From IMG/VR virus record IMGVR_UViG_3300021093_000062, positions 4,575-68,574 of that record: 64,000 nt of DNA; one strand, 5' to 3'. A program made the position numbers and the translations under genes. Position 1 is the stretch's first letter. Each line of letters begins with the position of its first letter. Positions 1-9,026 of this stretch are shown piece by piece. The DNA comes from a virus. The notes beneath the pieces are model-generated. The model made no database searches, was not told the origin of the DNA, and saw only the letters and a program-made list of their open reading frames with translations.

Positions 1-106
1 CCAGCATGTGATTTAGCAAGTTTCCGTCATAGTTTGGTAATATAGATACGTGCCCAACCACCCAATGGTTGGGCACTGTCATTATCCCCTATCAAGGAGA
101 ATACTT

Positions 107-646
107 TTGAAATTGAAATACTCAAAACCAGTGATTTTGGTGGCGTTTGCTATCAATATCGCGATCTTGACACCACTGGCAAACTGTATAGAAAACCCAA
201 AAGAAGAAGTACTCACTCAATTAGCCACCACAACCACACCACAAACCACTGTGGTACAACCAACAACTACCACCACCACCACCACCACAGAAGCACCAGT
301 TACCACTACGACTACATTGGTGCCTCCCGGTAGCAAATGTGAAGAATTAGCACCAATTGCGCTTGCAGCCGGATGGCCTCAAGAACTACTAATAGACGTA
401 TTAGATGAGGCTTGGAACGAAAGTCGTTGTCTAAACATCATCGAGGGGCACCCCCGCTGGAATGGACACGATTCAGGCCCGCTACAGATCAACCAGGTGT
501 GGCACGACGAGATTAATGACAAATACGGCAGTTGGACATACGTAAATGATCCGTATTACAACTTTGCGTGGGCATGGGAAATGTACATTTGGCACGATAT
601 TCACCGTGGATGCGGATTTGAGCCTTGGACACGTACGTGCAAATAA
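107..646 (+). CDS. Secreted SLT/lysozyme-like (transglycosylase) protein with Thr-rich linker
   Basis: Hydrophobic N-terminus, poly-Thr linker, C-terminal 'ES..(n)..DSGPLQIN' SLT-like motif; AAGGAG at 94-99 favours TTG at 107 (ORF track starts at 50). Confidence 0.7.
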   Translation: MKLKYSKPVILVAFAINIAILTPLANCIENPKEEVLTQLATTTTPQTTVVQPTTTTTTTTTEAPVTTTTTLVPPGSKCEELAPIALAAGWPQELLIDVLDEAWNESRCLNIIEGHPRWNGHDSGPLQINQVWHDEINDKYGSWTYVNDPYYNFAWAWEMYIWHDIHRGCGFEPWTRTCK

Positions 647-738
647 CTAAAAAAAATAAACAACAATAGTTGCAATTGAAAATAGCCACGTGTAGCATAC
701 AAACAACGGGCAAAGCCCAAGACACAAGGAGAAACACA

Positions 739-978
739 ATGGATGAAAACACACTTACAGTTCAACTTCCCGAAGAAATGTTGTTGATTAAGATTGAAGA
801 CATTGCTGGAACAGCAGAGGTTGCCAGCATTCTTAACTGCCCCAAACAGCAGATACATGCTTTGAGAAAGCGCGCAGATTTCCCTGCTCCAATTACTCAA
901 CTGTCAGCAACCCCTCTTTGGAATGCTCAACACATCATTGAATTCGGCTCAAACTGGAAGCGTCGCACAAAGGTCTGA
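739..978 (+). CDS. AlpA/HTH-type DNA-binding protein
   Basis: 'GTAEVASIL...FPAP...PLW' is an AlpA-like pattern; AAGGAG RBS before ATG 739. Confidence 0.7.
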   Translation: MDENTLTVQLPEEMLLIKIEDIAGTAEVASILNCPKQQIHALRKRADFPAPITQLSATPLWNAQHIIEFGSNWKRRTKV

Positions 979-1181
979 TGAGTAGTACAATGTTGCTCAT
1001 GGAGACAAGCAGACAAAAATACCCACCTGGTATCTATGAGTGCGCTAAGTGCAGTGCGTGGGTGGAGGTGTTCGTTCCTCTGAACGAGCTCCCCACCCAC
1101 CCCTGCGGGGTTGGAAAGAGGTCAAAAACTATGGAGTACAAAGGAACTAGCAGTGCTAAGACTAGGAATAGTGTCGGGTGA
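978..1181 (+). CDS. Small Zn-ribbon-like hypothetical protein
   Basis: CxxC...HxC pattern; start overlaps the upstream stop. Confidence 0.5.
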   Translation: MSSTMLLMETSRQKYPPGIYECAKCSAWVEVFVPLNELPTHPCGVGKRSKTMEYKGTSSAKTRNSVG

Positions 1182-2217
1182 TTGGCTCCACCCTATAAAA
1201 ACAGGGGAGCCTGTAGCATTGTGGGGAGGAAGTGGATGGGCACGCCTGGGTCAGTATGTTGACCACCTCCCATTTGAAGTACACGTTGGTGTACTCACTT
1301 GGTATCACGACAGATTTGTTGTAGTATCTGAGGATAAAGAGATGCACGAAGTAGACGTGATCTACATGCAACGTTTAATGCATGAGGGGCTTACCCAGCA
1401 CGTGCCCATGGCTATCGCAAATGGGCAAAAAATAATAAACGACCTCGATGATTGGTATTGGGGTCTAGACACCTCAAATATGGCGTTCTTGCATAACCAC
1501 CCAAAAGTTAACAAAATTGAGAACATCAACAACTACAAAGCAATCTTGTCAAAGTCCATGATTTTAACTGTCAGTACCACCTATCTTGCTGATAGGGCTT
1601 CATCATTTGTAAGGTGCCCAATACAGGTTATTGAAAACACTGTAGACATCAATCGATTTACACAGACAACCTACACAGACACCAACACTCCAGTTGTTGG
1701 ATGGGTGGGATCAACAGCACATCGAAGCAGGGACATTGAGACACTAAAAGGTGTGCTTAACCCAATGGCAAAGAGTGGTTCAATAACTCTTTACCACGGT
1801 GGTCACCACAGTGGTGCACCAACCTTTGCAAGCAGGCTTGGGGTTTCAGAAGACCTGGTAACTGTAGAAGACCTGCGCCCAGCTGAACGTTACCCAGAAC
1901 TTATGAAAATGGATATTGGGATTGTTCCACTAAACAAGACTCCGTTCAACATGGCAAAATCAGACATAAAAGGTTTAGAGTATGCAGCGTCAGGAATTCC
2001 ATTTATTGCCCAAGATCTTAATGCATACGTGAATTTACACAAAAAATTAAATGTAGGGTTTATAGCAAACAAGCCAAAGGACTGGGTGAAGCACATAAAA
2101 TACTTGTCAAACCCAGACAATCGTAGAAATGTTGGAATTGAGCTACGTTCCCGCATACAACCACGAGACATATCCTGCGGTGTACAAAAACTCACAGACT
2201 TAATCAGTAACATATGA
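1153..2217 (+). CDS. Glycosyltransferase (GT-B / GT4-like)
   Basis: 'DLDD', 'VGWVGS', 'DIGIVPL..FN.AKSDIKGLEYAASGIPFIA' typical of phage GT-B enzymes; start uncertain (1111 or 1153). Confidence 0.85.
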   Translation: MLRLGIVSGDWLHPIKTGEPVALWGGSGWARLGQYVDHLPFEVHVGVLTWYHDRFVVVSEDKEMHEVDVIYMQRLMHEGLTQHVPMAIANGQKIINDLDDWYWGLDTSNMAFLHNHPKVNKIENINNYKAILSKSMILTVSTTYLADRASSFVRCPIQVIENTVDINRFTQTTYTDTNTPVVGWVGSTAHRSRDIETLKGVLNPMAKSGSITLYHGGHHSGAPTFASRLGVSEDLVTVEDLRPAERYPELMKMDIGIVPLNKTPFNMAKSDIKGLEYAASGIPFIAQDLNAYVNLHKKLNVGFIANKPKDWVKHIKYLSNPDNRRNVGIELRSRIQPRDISCGVQKLTDLISNI

Positions 2218-2606
2218 TTACCACAAGACAGCTTAAATGGCTTGACTACGCTGTCGATGTTTCATCGACAGCAACACACTCACAATGGAGAGTGGGAGCA
2301 GTGCTCGTAAAAGGTGGAAGAGTGCTGAGCATGGGTGTAAATCGATATAGAAATTTACCTTCTCAGGTTGACCTTGAAGGGGTTTCGTACCATGCGGAAG
2401 AGGTTGCTTTGAAGCGTGCTGGGGATGCAACAGGAGCGACAATATTTGTCGCAAGAGTTACCAGAAATGGGCACCTTGGATTGGCAAAACCTTGCGAAAG
2501 ATGCCAAGAACTGTTGCATGAGTATGGGGTTCACTCAGCGATTTGGACCGAGCCGTCGGGGTTTGGAAAATCGAAAATTGATGACATGATTTTCAGCCGG
2601 ATTTGA
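2214..2606 (+). CDS. Zinc-dependent cytidine/dCMP deaminase family protein
   Basis: HAE...PCxxC deaminase motif. Confidence 0.85.
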   Translation: MITTRQLKWLDYAVDVSSTATHSQWRVGAVLVKGGRVLSMGVNRYRNLPSQVDLEGVSYHAEEVALKRAGDATGATIFVARVTRNGHLGLAKPCERCQELLHEYGVHSAIWTEPSGFGKSKIDDMIFSRI

Positions 2607-2611
2607 GACAA

Positions 2612-2673
2612 AAAAATAATACCCCGAGCGGACAACTACGGTGTGTAGTCGCCCGCTCGGGGTTTTGTTATTT
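2612..2673. terminator. Probable bidirectional intrinsic terminator
   Basis: ACCCCGAGCGG...CCGCTCGGGGT hairpin flanked by A- and T-rich tracts, between convergent genes. Confidence 0.7.
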
Positions 2674-2703
2674 GGACGGGGCCACGTTTAGCACGTGGCT
2701 ATG

Positions 2704-3147
2704 TCAAACTGGCCAATGATACGGAAGGTCATTAGGAACAGCTGGGAAGTGTGGAGCGTAGTGGCCTGAGAGTTTACGCAACAGGTTTGATTGATGAGAC
2801 ACCATCACCTTTTGTTCAACTTCTTCATCATCAAGCCACCAAGGTAAAACTGGTAGAGAATTTGCTATTACTGGGTCCTTAGTCATTACTACTGCACTCT
2901 TAACTAGACAAGTGTCTTTGTACCCTCTTTTCACCCATTCATCGCAAATAGCAACTTGATACTGTAACAGGGCTTTTTCATAACCTCTCCACATCTTTAC
3001 CGCTGGATGGTTTCTCCAACCTGTGGACACACCAACCAAGCAGTTGATTATCTGAAGGTTTTCAACACGTTGCTTGCCGAGACGCTTGTTGTCTAAAACT
3101 TGTGCGTTTTGTCTGTAGTTTTTGCCGTAAGGCAAGAAAGTTTGCAT
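2704..3147 (-). CDS. MSMEG_6728-family / pyrimidine-dimer DNA glycosylase-like protein
   Basis: 'MQTFLPY...LDNKRLGKQRVE..Q...GWRNHPAVKMWRGYE...SHQSNLLRK...LPYHWP' family signature. Confidence 0.85.
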   Translation of the reverse strand: MQTFLPYGKNYRQNAQVLDNKRLGKQRVENLQIINCLVGVSTGWRNHPAVKMWRGYEKALLQYQVAICDEWVKRGYKDTCLVKSAVVMTKDPVIANSLPVLPWWLDDEEVEQKVMVSHQSNLLRKLSGHYAPHFPAVPNDLPYHWPV

Positions 3148-3380
3148 TAGTTATTCTCCTCCATCTCGTTGTACCATTCTTCAGCCAACTCAATTGCTGG
3201 AGCGTACTCGTGCCACGTACCGTCGTCTCCGACTTCAGTTGAGTATGGGACCCTACCAACAGCGCACAAATACTCAAACGCGGCGAGAATGCGTTTCCAC
3301 TGCTCCTCATTGGGTAACTCATCCCATTCCGGTTGGTACTTGCAGTAGTAGTCCTCGTCATCGTTGTACCTAAACATCAA
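3147..3380 (-). CDS. Acidic hypothetical protein
   Basis: AAGGAGG RBS; coupled to neighbouring genes. Confidence 0.6.
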   Translation of the reverse strand: MMFRYNDDEDYYCKYQPEWDELPNEEQWKRILAAFEYLCAVGRVPYSTEVGDDGTWHEYAPAIELAEEWYNEMEENN

Positions 3381-3386
3381 TCCTCC

Positions 3387-4010
3387 TTAAGTCCACACCG
3401 TGTCGTTGGGCATACTTGCAGAAGTGCACCGGCGACGAATCTTGTGACGAATCTTGTCTTTGTCTTGTAAGAGGTTCGACGGATCGTCAAATACAAGCGG
3501 GAACTTTTCAGCAATACGCCACAAAAGACCGGCGTCAGACATTCGTGCGATGTTTTTGTCCCAGTTGATCACTAACAAATCTGACTTTGGCGGGCATACC
3601 CCCCGCACATCATGTTCGGTCAACACACGATCTTCGTGCATTACGAAGACAAACAGGTCAACACCCTTTCTATTGAGTATTGACCGTAACGAATAATACG
3701 AATTCGTTCCGACCATGACGACCTTATCAAATTCGTTAAAATCGTAGCTGTCCCCATTGATGATTGCTATGAGGTCGGGCTCGGACCAGTCGTCCGAGTG
3801 TCGAACCAGGCCCGCTTGCCGACGCAATCGCCATTCCGGCAAAGACCGGAACGTCTCAATCTTTTTTGGCAGGTCCCAGCAGCTAAGGAATTCGTGCGAA
3901 TCAACGAAATGGACTAGCTTGTCGTTGTCTTTAACTAGCTGGCAGGCCAAAGCAAGGCCAAACGTCGAAGCTCCGACGCCACCTCCTGCTTGTGCAATTG
4001 CAATTTTCAT
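3387..4010 (-). CDS. Degenerate ParA/MinD/Ssd-like P-loop protein
   Basis: N-terminal deviant Walker A 'AGGGVGAST'; C-terminal 'WD..IAR..DAGLL'; AGGAG RBS before ATG 4010. Confidence 0.55.
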   Translation of the reverse strand: MKIAIAQAGGGVGASTFGLALACQLVKDNDKLVHFVDSHEFLSCWDLPKKIETFRSLPEWRLRRQAGLVRHSDDWSEPDLIAIINGDSYDFNEFDKVVMVGTNSYYSLRSILNRKGVDLFVFVMHEDRVLTEHDVRGVCPPKSDLLVINWDKNIARMSDAGLLWRIAEKFPLVFDDPSNLLQDKDKIRHKIRRRCTSASMPNDTVWT

Positions 4011-4032
4011 TTTAATTCTCCTTTTTCTCTTT

Positions 4033-4551
4033 TTAACCAAACATAATGTCGCCGTACATAGCGTACTGCCAGAACAGGTCCTGGCTTTCGCTGTCCACGT
4101 CGTCTTCTATTACGTCTTTAAGCAAAGTTTGAGCCCAAACTTGATCCACGGGCAAAGACTTTAAAACTTCGATAATGTCTGGAACACTGAAAGTTTTGGT
4201 TACTTCGAAACGGGAAACGTGCCCCAACTTGCTTATAGCACGCGCCTCAATCTGACGGACGCGCTCGCGGGTGAGATTGAATTGCTTGCCCACTTCCTCG
4301 AGGGTGCGGGGTTCGCCCCGATCGAGGCCGAAGCGAAGTTTCATGATCTCGCGCTCGAACTCGTCGAGAGTGTTTTCTGGGTCAACCATAGTAATAGTTA
4401 TGAGGCCATCTTGTCTTTCAACGCGATTAACCCAACTATACCAAGCATTGCCGGTTAACATGTCAAAAACTTCGTTTTCATCCAAAGTTAATGTTGTTGG
4501 CAACAACAGTGTAAACATGTGTTTTTTTGTTTTCATTTTCATTTGAGTCAC
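4033..4551 (-). CDS. Small phage protein carrying an inserted sigma-70 region-4 (HTH) domain
   Basis: '[44 protein letters not shown]' closely matches the RpoD/SigA region-4 consensus; no regions 2 or 3. Confidence 0.85.
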   Translation of the reverse strand: MTQMKMKTKKHMFTLLLPTTLTLDENEVFDMLTGNAWYSWVNRVERQDGLITITMVDPENTLDEFEREIMKLRFGLDRGEPRTLEEVGKQFNLTRERVRQIEARAISKLGHVSRFEVTKTFSVPDIIEVLKSLPVDQVWAQTLLKDVIEDDVDSESQDLFWQYAMYGDIMFG

Positions 4552-5018
4552 ATCTCTTTCTGTAGTGTGTCTGGGTTGTAACCAATGTCGATTAGAAACT
4601 CTCTGAGTCTTTTTATCTCGGCATTGAGGGCATGGTACAGGTGCTGTCTTTCGATGTTTTCAATCAACGCCACCTTTTCTAAATGTTCTGGATTACAGCA
4701 AAGCGTGTTACGGCAAAGGTGATCCAGAGTTTCTGCTTTGGTCAAACTTACATGCTTATGCTGTTCATAAGACCATCTGTGTGCTTGATAGGCTTTGTTG
4801 CCTATGTACATTCGCCCGTATCCTTTGTCTACGGTGCCTGTCCATATCCAACACCCATCATCTGTTTTTTTGATGTTCTTCCAGAACTTATCTTCTGGAA
4901 GCTTGGATTCTTCAATTACGTGCAGAACTCCATCACGCTTTAGTTGTTTGTAATGGGCTGCACATAATCCTTTTGCTACTACCGGTTTATTGCACACCGG
5001 CCCTCTACATAGCGCCAT
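4548..5018 (-). CDS. HNH endonuclease
   Basis: 'CWIWTG...GYG...AHRWSY...[16 protein letters not shown]...EN' with N-terminal Cys/His zinc motif. Confidence 0.9.
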   Translation of the reverse strand: MALCRGPVCNKPVVAKGLCAAHYKQLKRDGVLHVIEESKLPEDKFWKNIKKTDDGCWIWTGTVDKGYGRMYIGNKAYQAHRWSYEQHKHVSLTKAETLDHLCRNTLCCNPEHLEKVALIENIERQHLYHALNAEIKRLREFLIDIGYNPDTLQKEM

Positions 5019-5065
5019 GCGTACTCCTTACATTTGACGTCATCACGATTGCGACGGGAGCTAGT

Positions 5066-5317
5066 CTACATGTTTGCTTTTTTTTTAGCTCGTCTTTGGC
5101 GTTCCTTTGTGCGTTCTCTTGGGCATAGACCACCAAATATTCCAAATCTGTCTACCTCTTGGTTGATATTCAGTGATTCTTCCAAGCATTCTGTTTTCAC
5201 TTTGCACGAGTTGCATATCTTTTTTGCTGGGCGACTTGATTGTCCTCTTTCAATAAAAAAGATTTCAATAGGTTTTCCTCTGCAAGCAGCGTGCTCTAGC
5301 CAATTTGAATTTCTCAT
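5066..5317 (-). CDS. whiB: WhiB-family Fe-S transcription factor
   Basis: Four Cys (C..CxxCx5C), GIFGG turn, basic C-terminal tail. Confidence 0.92.
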   Translation of the reverse strand: MRNSNWLEHAACRGKPIEIFFIERGQSSRPAKKICNSCKVKTECLEESLNINQEVDRFGIFGGLCPRERTKERQRRAKKKANM

Positions 5318-5318
5318 A

Positions 5319-5528
5319 CTATACCTCTACTTTGTACAACTTTTTGAAGTCTCGCCTCATTGGGTGCAGAGATGATTCAGTTCCATGTGTAGAATATGTC
5401 GGTCCAGAAATGTTGGGTGGGGGTGTAATTTTGTACACCCCACCCTTGTTCCTAGTAATGGAAAACCCAAGATCCTTAAGTTTCCTAAACACTTTCTTCA
5501 CAGCTTTTGATTGATGTTGTGTGACCAT
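5319..5528 (-). CDS. HicA-like (dsRBD-fold) small basic protein
   Basis: 'L...GFSITRNKGG.YKI' resembles the HicA fold; the canonical catalytic His is not evident. Confidence 0.4.
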   Translation of the reverse strand: MVTQHQSKAVKKVFRKLKDLGFSITRNKGGVYKITPPPNISGPTYSTHGTESSLHPMRRDFKKLYKVEV

Positions 5529-5559
5529 GAGAGCACTCTATCGTAGGCGGATTATTCCG

Positions 5560-6162
5560 TCAACTATCGTCTTTTCCTGTTAGAAGCGCAAACCCAGTTT
5601 GGATGTTTTTGTCCACCATGTCTACCAATTCCCGAGTCTTAATTGTTTGAGGAAGAAGATCGAAAGCCAACTTGTTAGACAACAACAGAACTGCGTCACC
5701 CAAAGTTCCGTTACTACGCGTCAACTTGTAAGGTTTCATGAGTAGCACTCGTTCATTATTGTCCCACACAACCACTTCAACAGAACCGGGGCCGTCGCTT
5801 AACAGGCAAACGTAAATCGTACGCATCTCTCCCATACCCATATTCATGCCTTTGCCAGGAGCAATCACACCAAACCGTTGGTAACTAAGCATTCCAGGGT
5901 TTACACAAATGTGTGCGATAAGTTCTTGGATAGTTTCAAACTTATCACCAATTTCGTAGTGTCTTGCCAAAGCACCTTCGTCGTCTATCTCTAAAACACA
6001 GGGGTCAACACTGTCGAACAACATCGAACGGTTGGGCAACCTGTTTGACAGTTTGTCAAGAAGATTCACTAACGAAAGAACGCTTATACCACTTGGGGAT
6101 TCAATGAATCCCTCTGTCTCTCCGTCTTCGTTTTCATAGACGAAAGATGTTAATTCATCCAT
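5560..6162 (-). CDS. Hypothetical protein
   Basis: 200-aa ORF with GGAGG RBS. Confidence 0.65.
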   Translation of the reverse strand: MDELTSFVYENEDGETEGFIESPSGISVLSLVNLLDKLSNRLPNRSMLFDSVDPCVLEIDDEGALARHYEIGDKFETIQELIAHICVNPGMLSYQRFGVIAPGKGMNMGMGEMRTIYVCLLSDGPGSVEVVVWDNNERVLLMKPYKLTRSNGTLGDAVLLLSNKLAFDLLPQTIKTRELVDMVDKNIQTGFALLTGKDDS

Positions 6163-6331
6163 TTGAAATTTCCTCCGTATCTAGTAGTGCGTTTACAATG
6201 TTTCTTATGTCCCAAAGCCTGTCGGTCAGTCTAGCCGCTGACACAAAATGATGGCCGGCAGTGGTACTCAGTGTGTTATCGATTTCTGAGATGACCTTGC
6301 ACAGCTCTTGGTGCAATTGTTTTTTGTTCAC
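6155..6331 (-). CDS. Small hypothetical protein (not in ORF track)
   Basis: Manual translation MNKKQLHQELCKVISEIDNTL...EEISNG (58 aa); GTG overlaps the upstream stop. Confidence 0.55.
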   Translation of the reverse strand: MNKKQLHQELCKVISEIDNTLSTTAGHHFVSAARLTDRLWDIRNIVNALLDTEEISNG

Positions 6332-6912
6332 TTGTCCTCTTCTTCACTGTTTGTTCCAAAGATAGCATCGAACGTTTTAAACACATTGTCAAGCTCGCTT
6401 GTCTGCATCAAGTATTCCATGCGCCCGACTTCTGCATCCATCTGGCGCTTTTTAGCGTGACGCTCTTTAAGCATTCGTGCCATGTCTTCGGCTAGTTCCA
6501 TGACCTCTTCATCGACAATTTCATTCTCAAAACTATTATCGACTTCTTGCTCTCTACGCAACAGTTCCTCGTAGCGTTCACGGGCAAACTGACGAGCGGC
6601 TTCTGGGTCGTCACGGAATTCCCGGTCCACCGCAATAACTTGCCCGAAACGGGCTGCAACACCCGTTTCTTCAGGGCATAACCCCGTCTGTCGTTGCAAC
6701 TCCTCGATGAACAGATCCATTTCATTTGCCATGATTTCTGCATCTCTGTGGTCGTGCATGTATCTGCCCATCAGACGCTCGGTGAAATGGGACGTAATGA
6801 GGTACATCCACACCAAGTCGTGTCCGGTTCTCATGTGTTGCCACTCTTCGGGGGTTGCTGGTGAAGTCCCAAACTGTTCAAATACTTCGTAATAATCAAA
6901 CATCTCTTTCAT
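6328..6912 (-). CDS. Acidic helical hypothetical protein
   Basis: 194-aa ORF with AAGGAG RBS. Confidence 0.65.
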   Translation of the reverse strand: MKEMFDYYEVFEQFGTSPATPEEWQHMRTGHDLVWMYLITSHFTERLMGRYMHDHRDAEIMANEMDLFIEELQRQTGLCPEETGVAARFGQVIAVDREFRDDPEAARQFARERYEELLRREQEVDNSFENEIVDEEVMELAEDMARMLKERHAKKRQMDAEVGRMEYLMQTSELDNVFKTFDAIFGTNSEEEDK

Positions 6913-6920
6913 TCTCCTTC

Positions 6921-7286
6921 TTATTTGACTCTGATTTGCTTGTATTCGGTTTTCTTTGTCACTTTGTCAACCACTTCTGGTTTGATAGCGCCCATTTTGA
7001 TCGCGGCATCCATCAACTGCGTATCAACGGTTGGTTTAGTAACCTTGTTGAACACTGAAGCACTAACCAAGTCTTTGAGCATTTGCGCGTCGAAAGACCG
7101 TCTAGCAGGTGTGGACAGCTCAATCGTTACTTCGTCCAGAGTTACAGTTGTAATTCCAGATTCATGCATCATGTCTTTCAAAATCTCGTCCAAGACTTTG
7201 AAATGTCTTTCAGCACTCTCTAACTCATCTTTGAGTTTGAGCCAATTTTGTGCTGCTTCTTTGATTACTTCGTGTATTGCTGACAT
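6921..7286 (-). CDS. Coiled-coil protein, Gp157/Gam-like
   Basis: N-terminal coiled coil followed by 'RRSFD...L...VD' pattern; lies next to the helicase. Confidence 0.45.
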   Translation of the reverse strand: MSAIHEVIKEAAQNWLKLKDELESAERHFKVLDEILKDMMHESGITTVTLDEVTIELSTPARRSFDAQMLKDLVSASVFNKVTKPTVDTQLMDAAIKMGAIKPEVVDKVTKKTEYKQIRVK

Positions 7287-7288
7287 GC

Positions 7289-8749
7289 TTATTTTCGCTT
7301 TCTGTACGAGTCCAGGACTCCGTTTTGTATTTGTTCTAGCAATACCTCTCCTTGCCCGTCAATTAGAATGCCGGTAGAAAAGGCTTTTTCTTCAAGGACA
7401 CTCCACAATCTTTCATCGATCGTCTCGCATCCTTCGATGTGGCACAGAGGTATGGTTATGTGTACATCAACTGTTTGTGATATACGGTGTAACCTATCTT
7501 CTGCTTGTTTCAGTGAGGCAGGATTCCAAGGTAACTGGGCAATGACACCACGATAGTTTTGGTTTACACCATTACCAGTAAGTGTTAGCCCAGTACCAGC
7601 TGAGATAATCTGCCCAACCATTACTCGTGAAGCACCACTGTTGAAGTCGTTGACCGCTGCTTTCTTAGCGCCATCTGACATACCACCCCGTACTTCACAG
7701 GGATTGTACTTAAATAACCCAGCAGTAAGGGCATTCATTGTGTCTACGTGCTCGGCAACAATGAACATTCCCCCCGGCTCGTTGTCAAGTATCTCCGATA
7801 CATGTTTAATAATGGCATTTGTTTTTGCTCTACCAACATGTTTTCGCAGATAACCCAGTTGAACCAAAGCGTACGCCCTTTCTGCTCCCGTAGTGTTTCT
7901 GTTTATTGACTCAAGCCACGCAATAAGATCGTTATGTACATCCATGTAATCTTGCACTGCGTGGCCAGAGCCTTCCAAAGCAATGGTCGCCCGAAACTTA
8001 GTAGGAAGGTCAATTACCTCGTCTCTTTTACGTCTGAACATAAAAGAGCCATGCATACGGTTTTTAAGGTCTAGGTCATTGGTTGATACTCTACCAACTT
8101 TTCGACCGTTTACTGTTTTACCAGACCACGGTGCGTAGTGTTGATAGAAATGACCAATACCACCTATTCCTGTCCATGCTTTAGAACCCAGGAAATCTAT
8201 CTGAGATACTAGTTCTATGTTTCTACCGTTTGGAGCGGGCGTACCACTCATTAGCACTTTAACCGCATCACTTGGCAGATAGTTACTTATGCTTATCAAA
8301 GCCTTGGTGCGCTTTGATGGATTTTTGAAGAAATGTGCCTCATCAACTATGATTGCATCTATTTCTCCCATAAGAGCTACTGACCAGTGAGTTAGAACTG
8401 CGTTACCGATGATGTAAACATCTGCATCAGGGAGTATGTGCACAGACTGACCTCTGAGCACAGCAGTCTTTAGGTTAGGGTTGAATTTGCTTATCTCGCT
8501 AACCCAGTTCCACACCAAACTTGGTGGAACTACAATTAGTACTTTCTTGCGCTCTTGTTCAACTATGGCAGACGCCACAGCAATGGCTATTGCTGTTTTA
8601 CCTAAACCCATATCTAACGCAAGATAAGACTGCTTTTTAGAAACAGCCCATTCAAACGCTTCGATTTGGTAGTCGTACAGGCTCATGTTGAGCGATGGTA
8701 AAACTAGTTGGTTGGACGGCGGCACGATTGCCGACCTAGGCTGTCTCAT
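7289..8749 (-). CDS. SNF2-family (DEAH) helicase
   Basis: 'DMGLGKT', 'DEAH', 'MSGTP', 'WNP..LKQAEDRLHRISQ'. Confidence 0.92.
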   Translation of the reverse strand: MRQPRSAIVPPSNQLVLPSLNMSLYDYQIEAFEWAVSKKQSYLALDMGLGKTAIAIAVASAIVEQERKKVLIVVPPSLVWNWVSEISKFNPNLKTAVLRGQSVHILPDADVYIIGNAVLTHWSVALMGEIDAIIVDEAHFFKNPSKRTKALISISNYLPSDAVKVLMSGTPAPNGRNIELVSQIDFLGSKAWTGIGGIGHFYQHYAPWSGKTVNGRKVGRVSTNDLDLKNRMHGSFMFRRKRDEVIDLPTKFRATIALEGSGHAVQDYMDVHNDLIAWLESINRNTTGAERAYALVQLGYLRKHVGRAKTNAIIKHVSEILDNEPGGMFIVAEHVDTMNALTAGLFKYNPCEVRGGMSDGAKKAAVNDFNSGASRVMVGQIISAGTGLTLTGNGVNQNYRGVIAQLPWNPASLKQAEDRLHRISQTVDVHITIPLCHIEGCETIDERLWSVLEEKAFSTGILIDGQGEVLLEQIQNGVLDSYRKRK

Positions 8750-9018
8750 TATTCACCTGGCGCATAAAGTATGTTGTCGTTTTCGTCTGCGAATATAAGG
8801 TTCTCTGGATTCATTGGATGGTTCCAGTCACACCCAAAGTCCTCGCTTGCCCATGTTGCCACAACGTTTATAACGTCATCTATCGTTGGTTCTGGGTAAT
8901 CCCCAAACTCCTGAAGAATGTTTAGCGCGTCCTCTACGGAGTAACTAATAATTCGCATGACGTTGATTACTTTGGGAAGTTCAAGTTCTTCTACATCAGA
9001 TACTTCTGACCATTCCAT
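8749..9018 (-). CDS. Acidic hypothetical protein
   Basis: GAGGA RBS; coupled to the helicase start. Confidence 0.6.
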   Translation of the reverse strand: MEWSEVSDVEELELPKVINVMRIISYSVEDALNILQEFGDYPEPTIDDVINVVATWASEDFGCDWNHPMNPENLIFADENDNILYAPGE

Positions 9019-9026
9019 GTTTCCTC

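Noticed and set aside
4033-4551. Complete phage sigma factor
   Set aside because: Only region 4 is present; there is no region 2, so it cannot act as a stand-alone sigma
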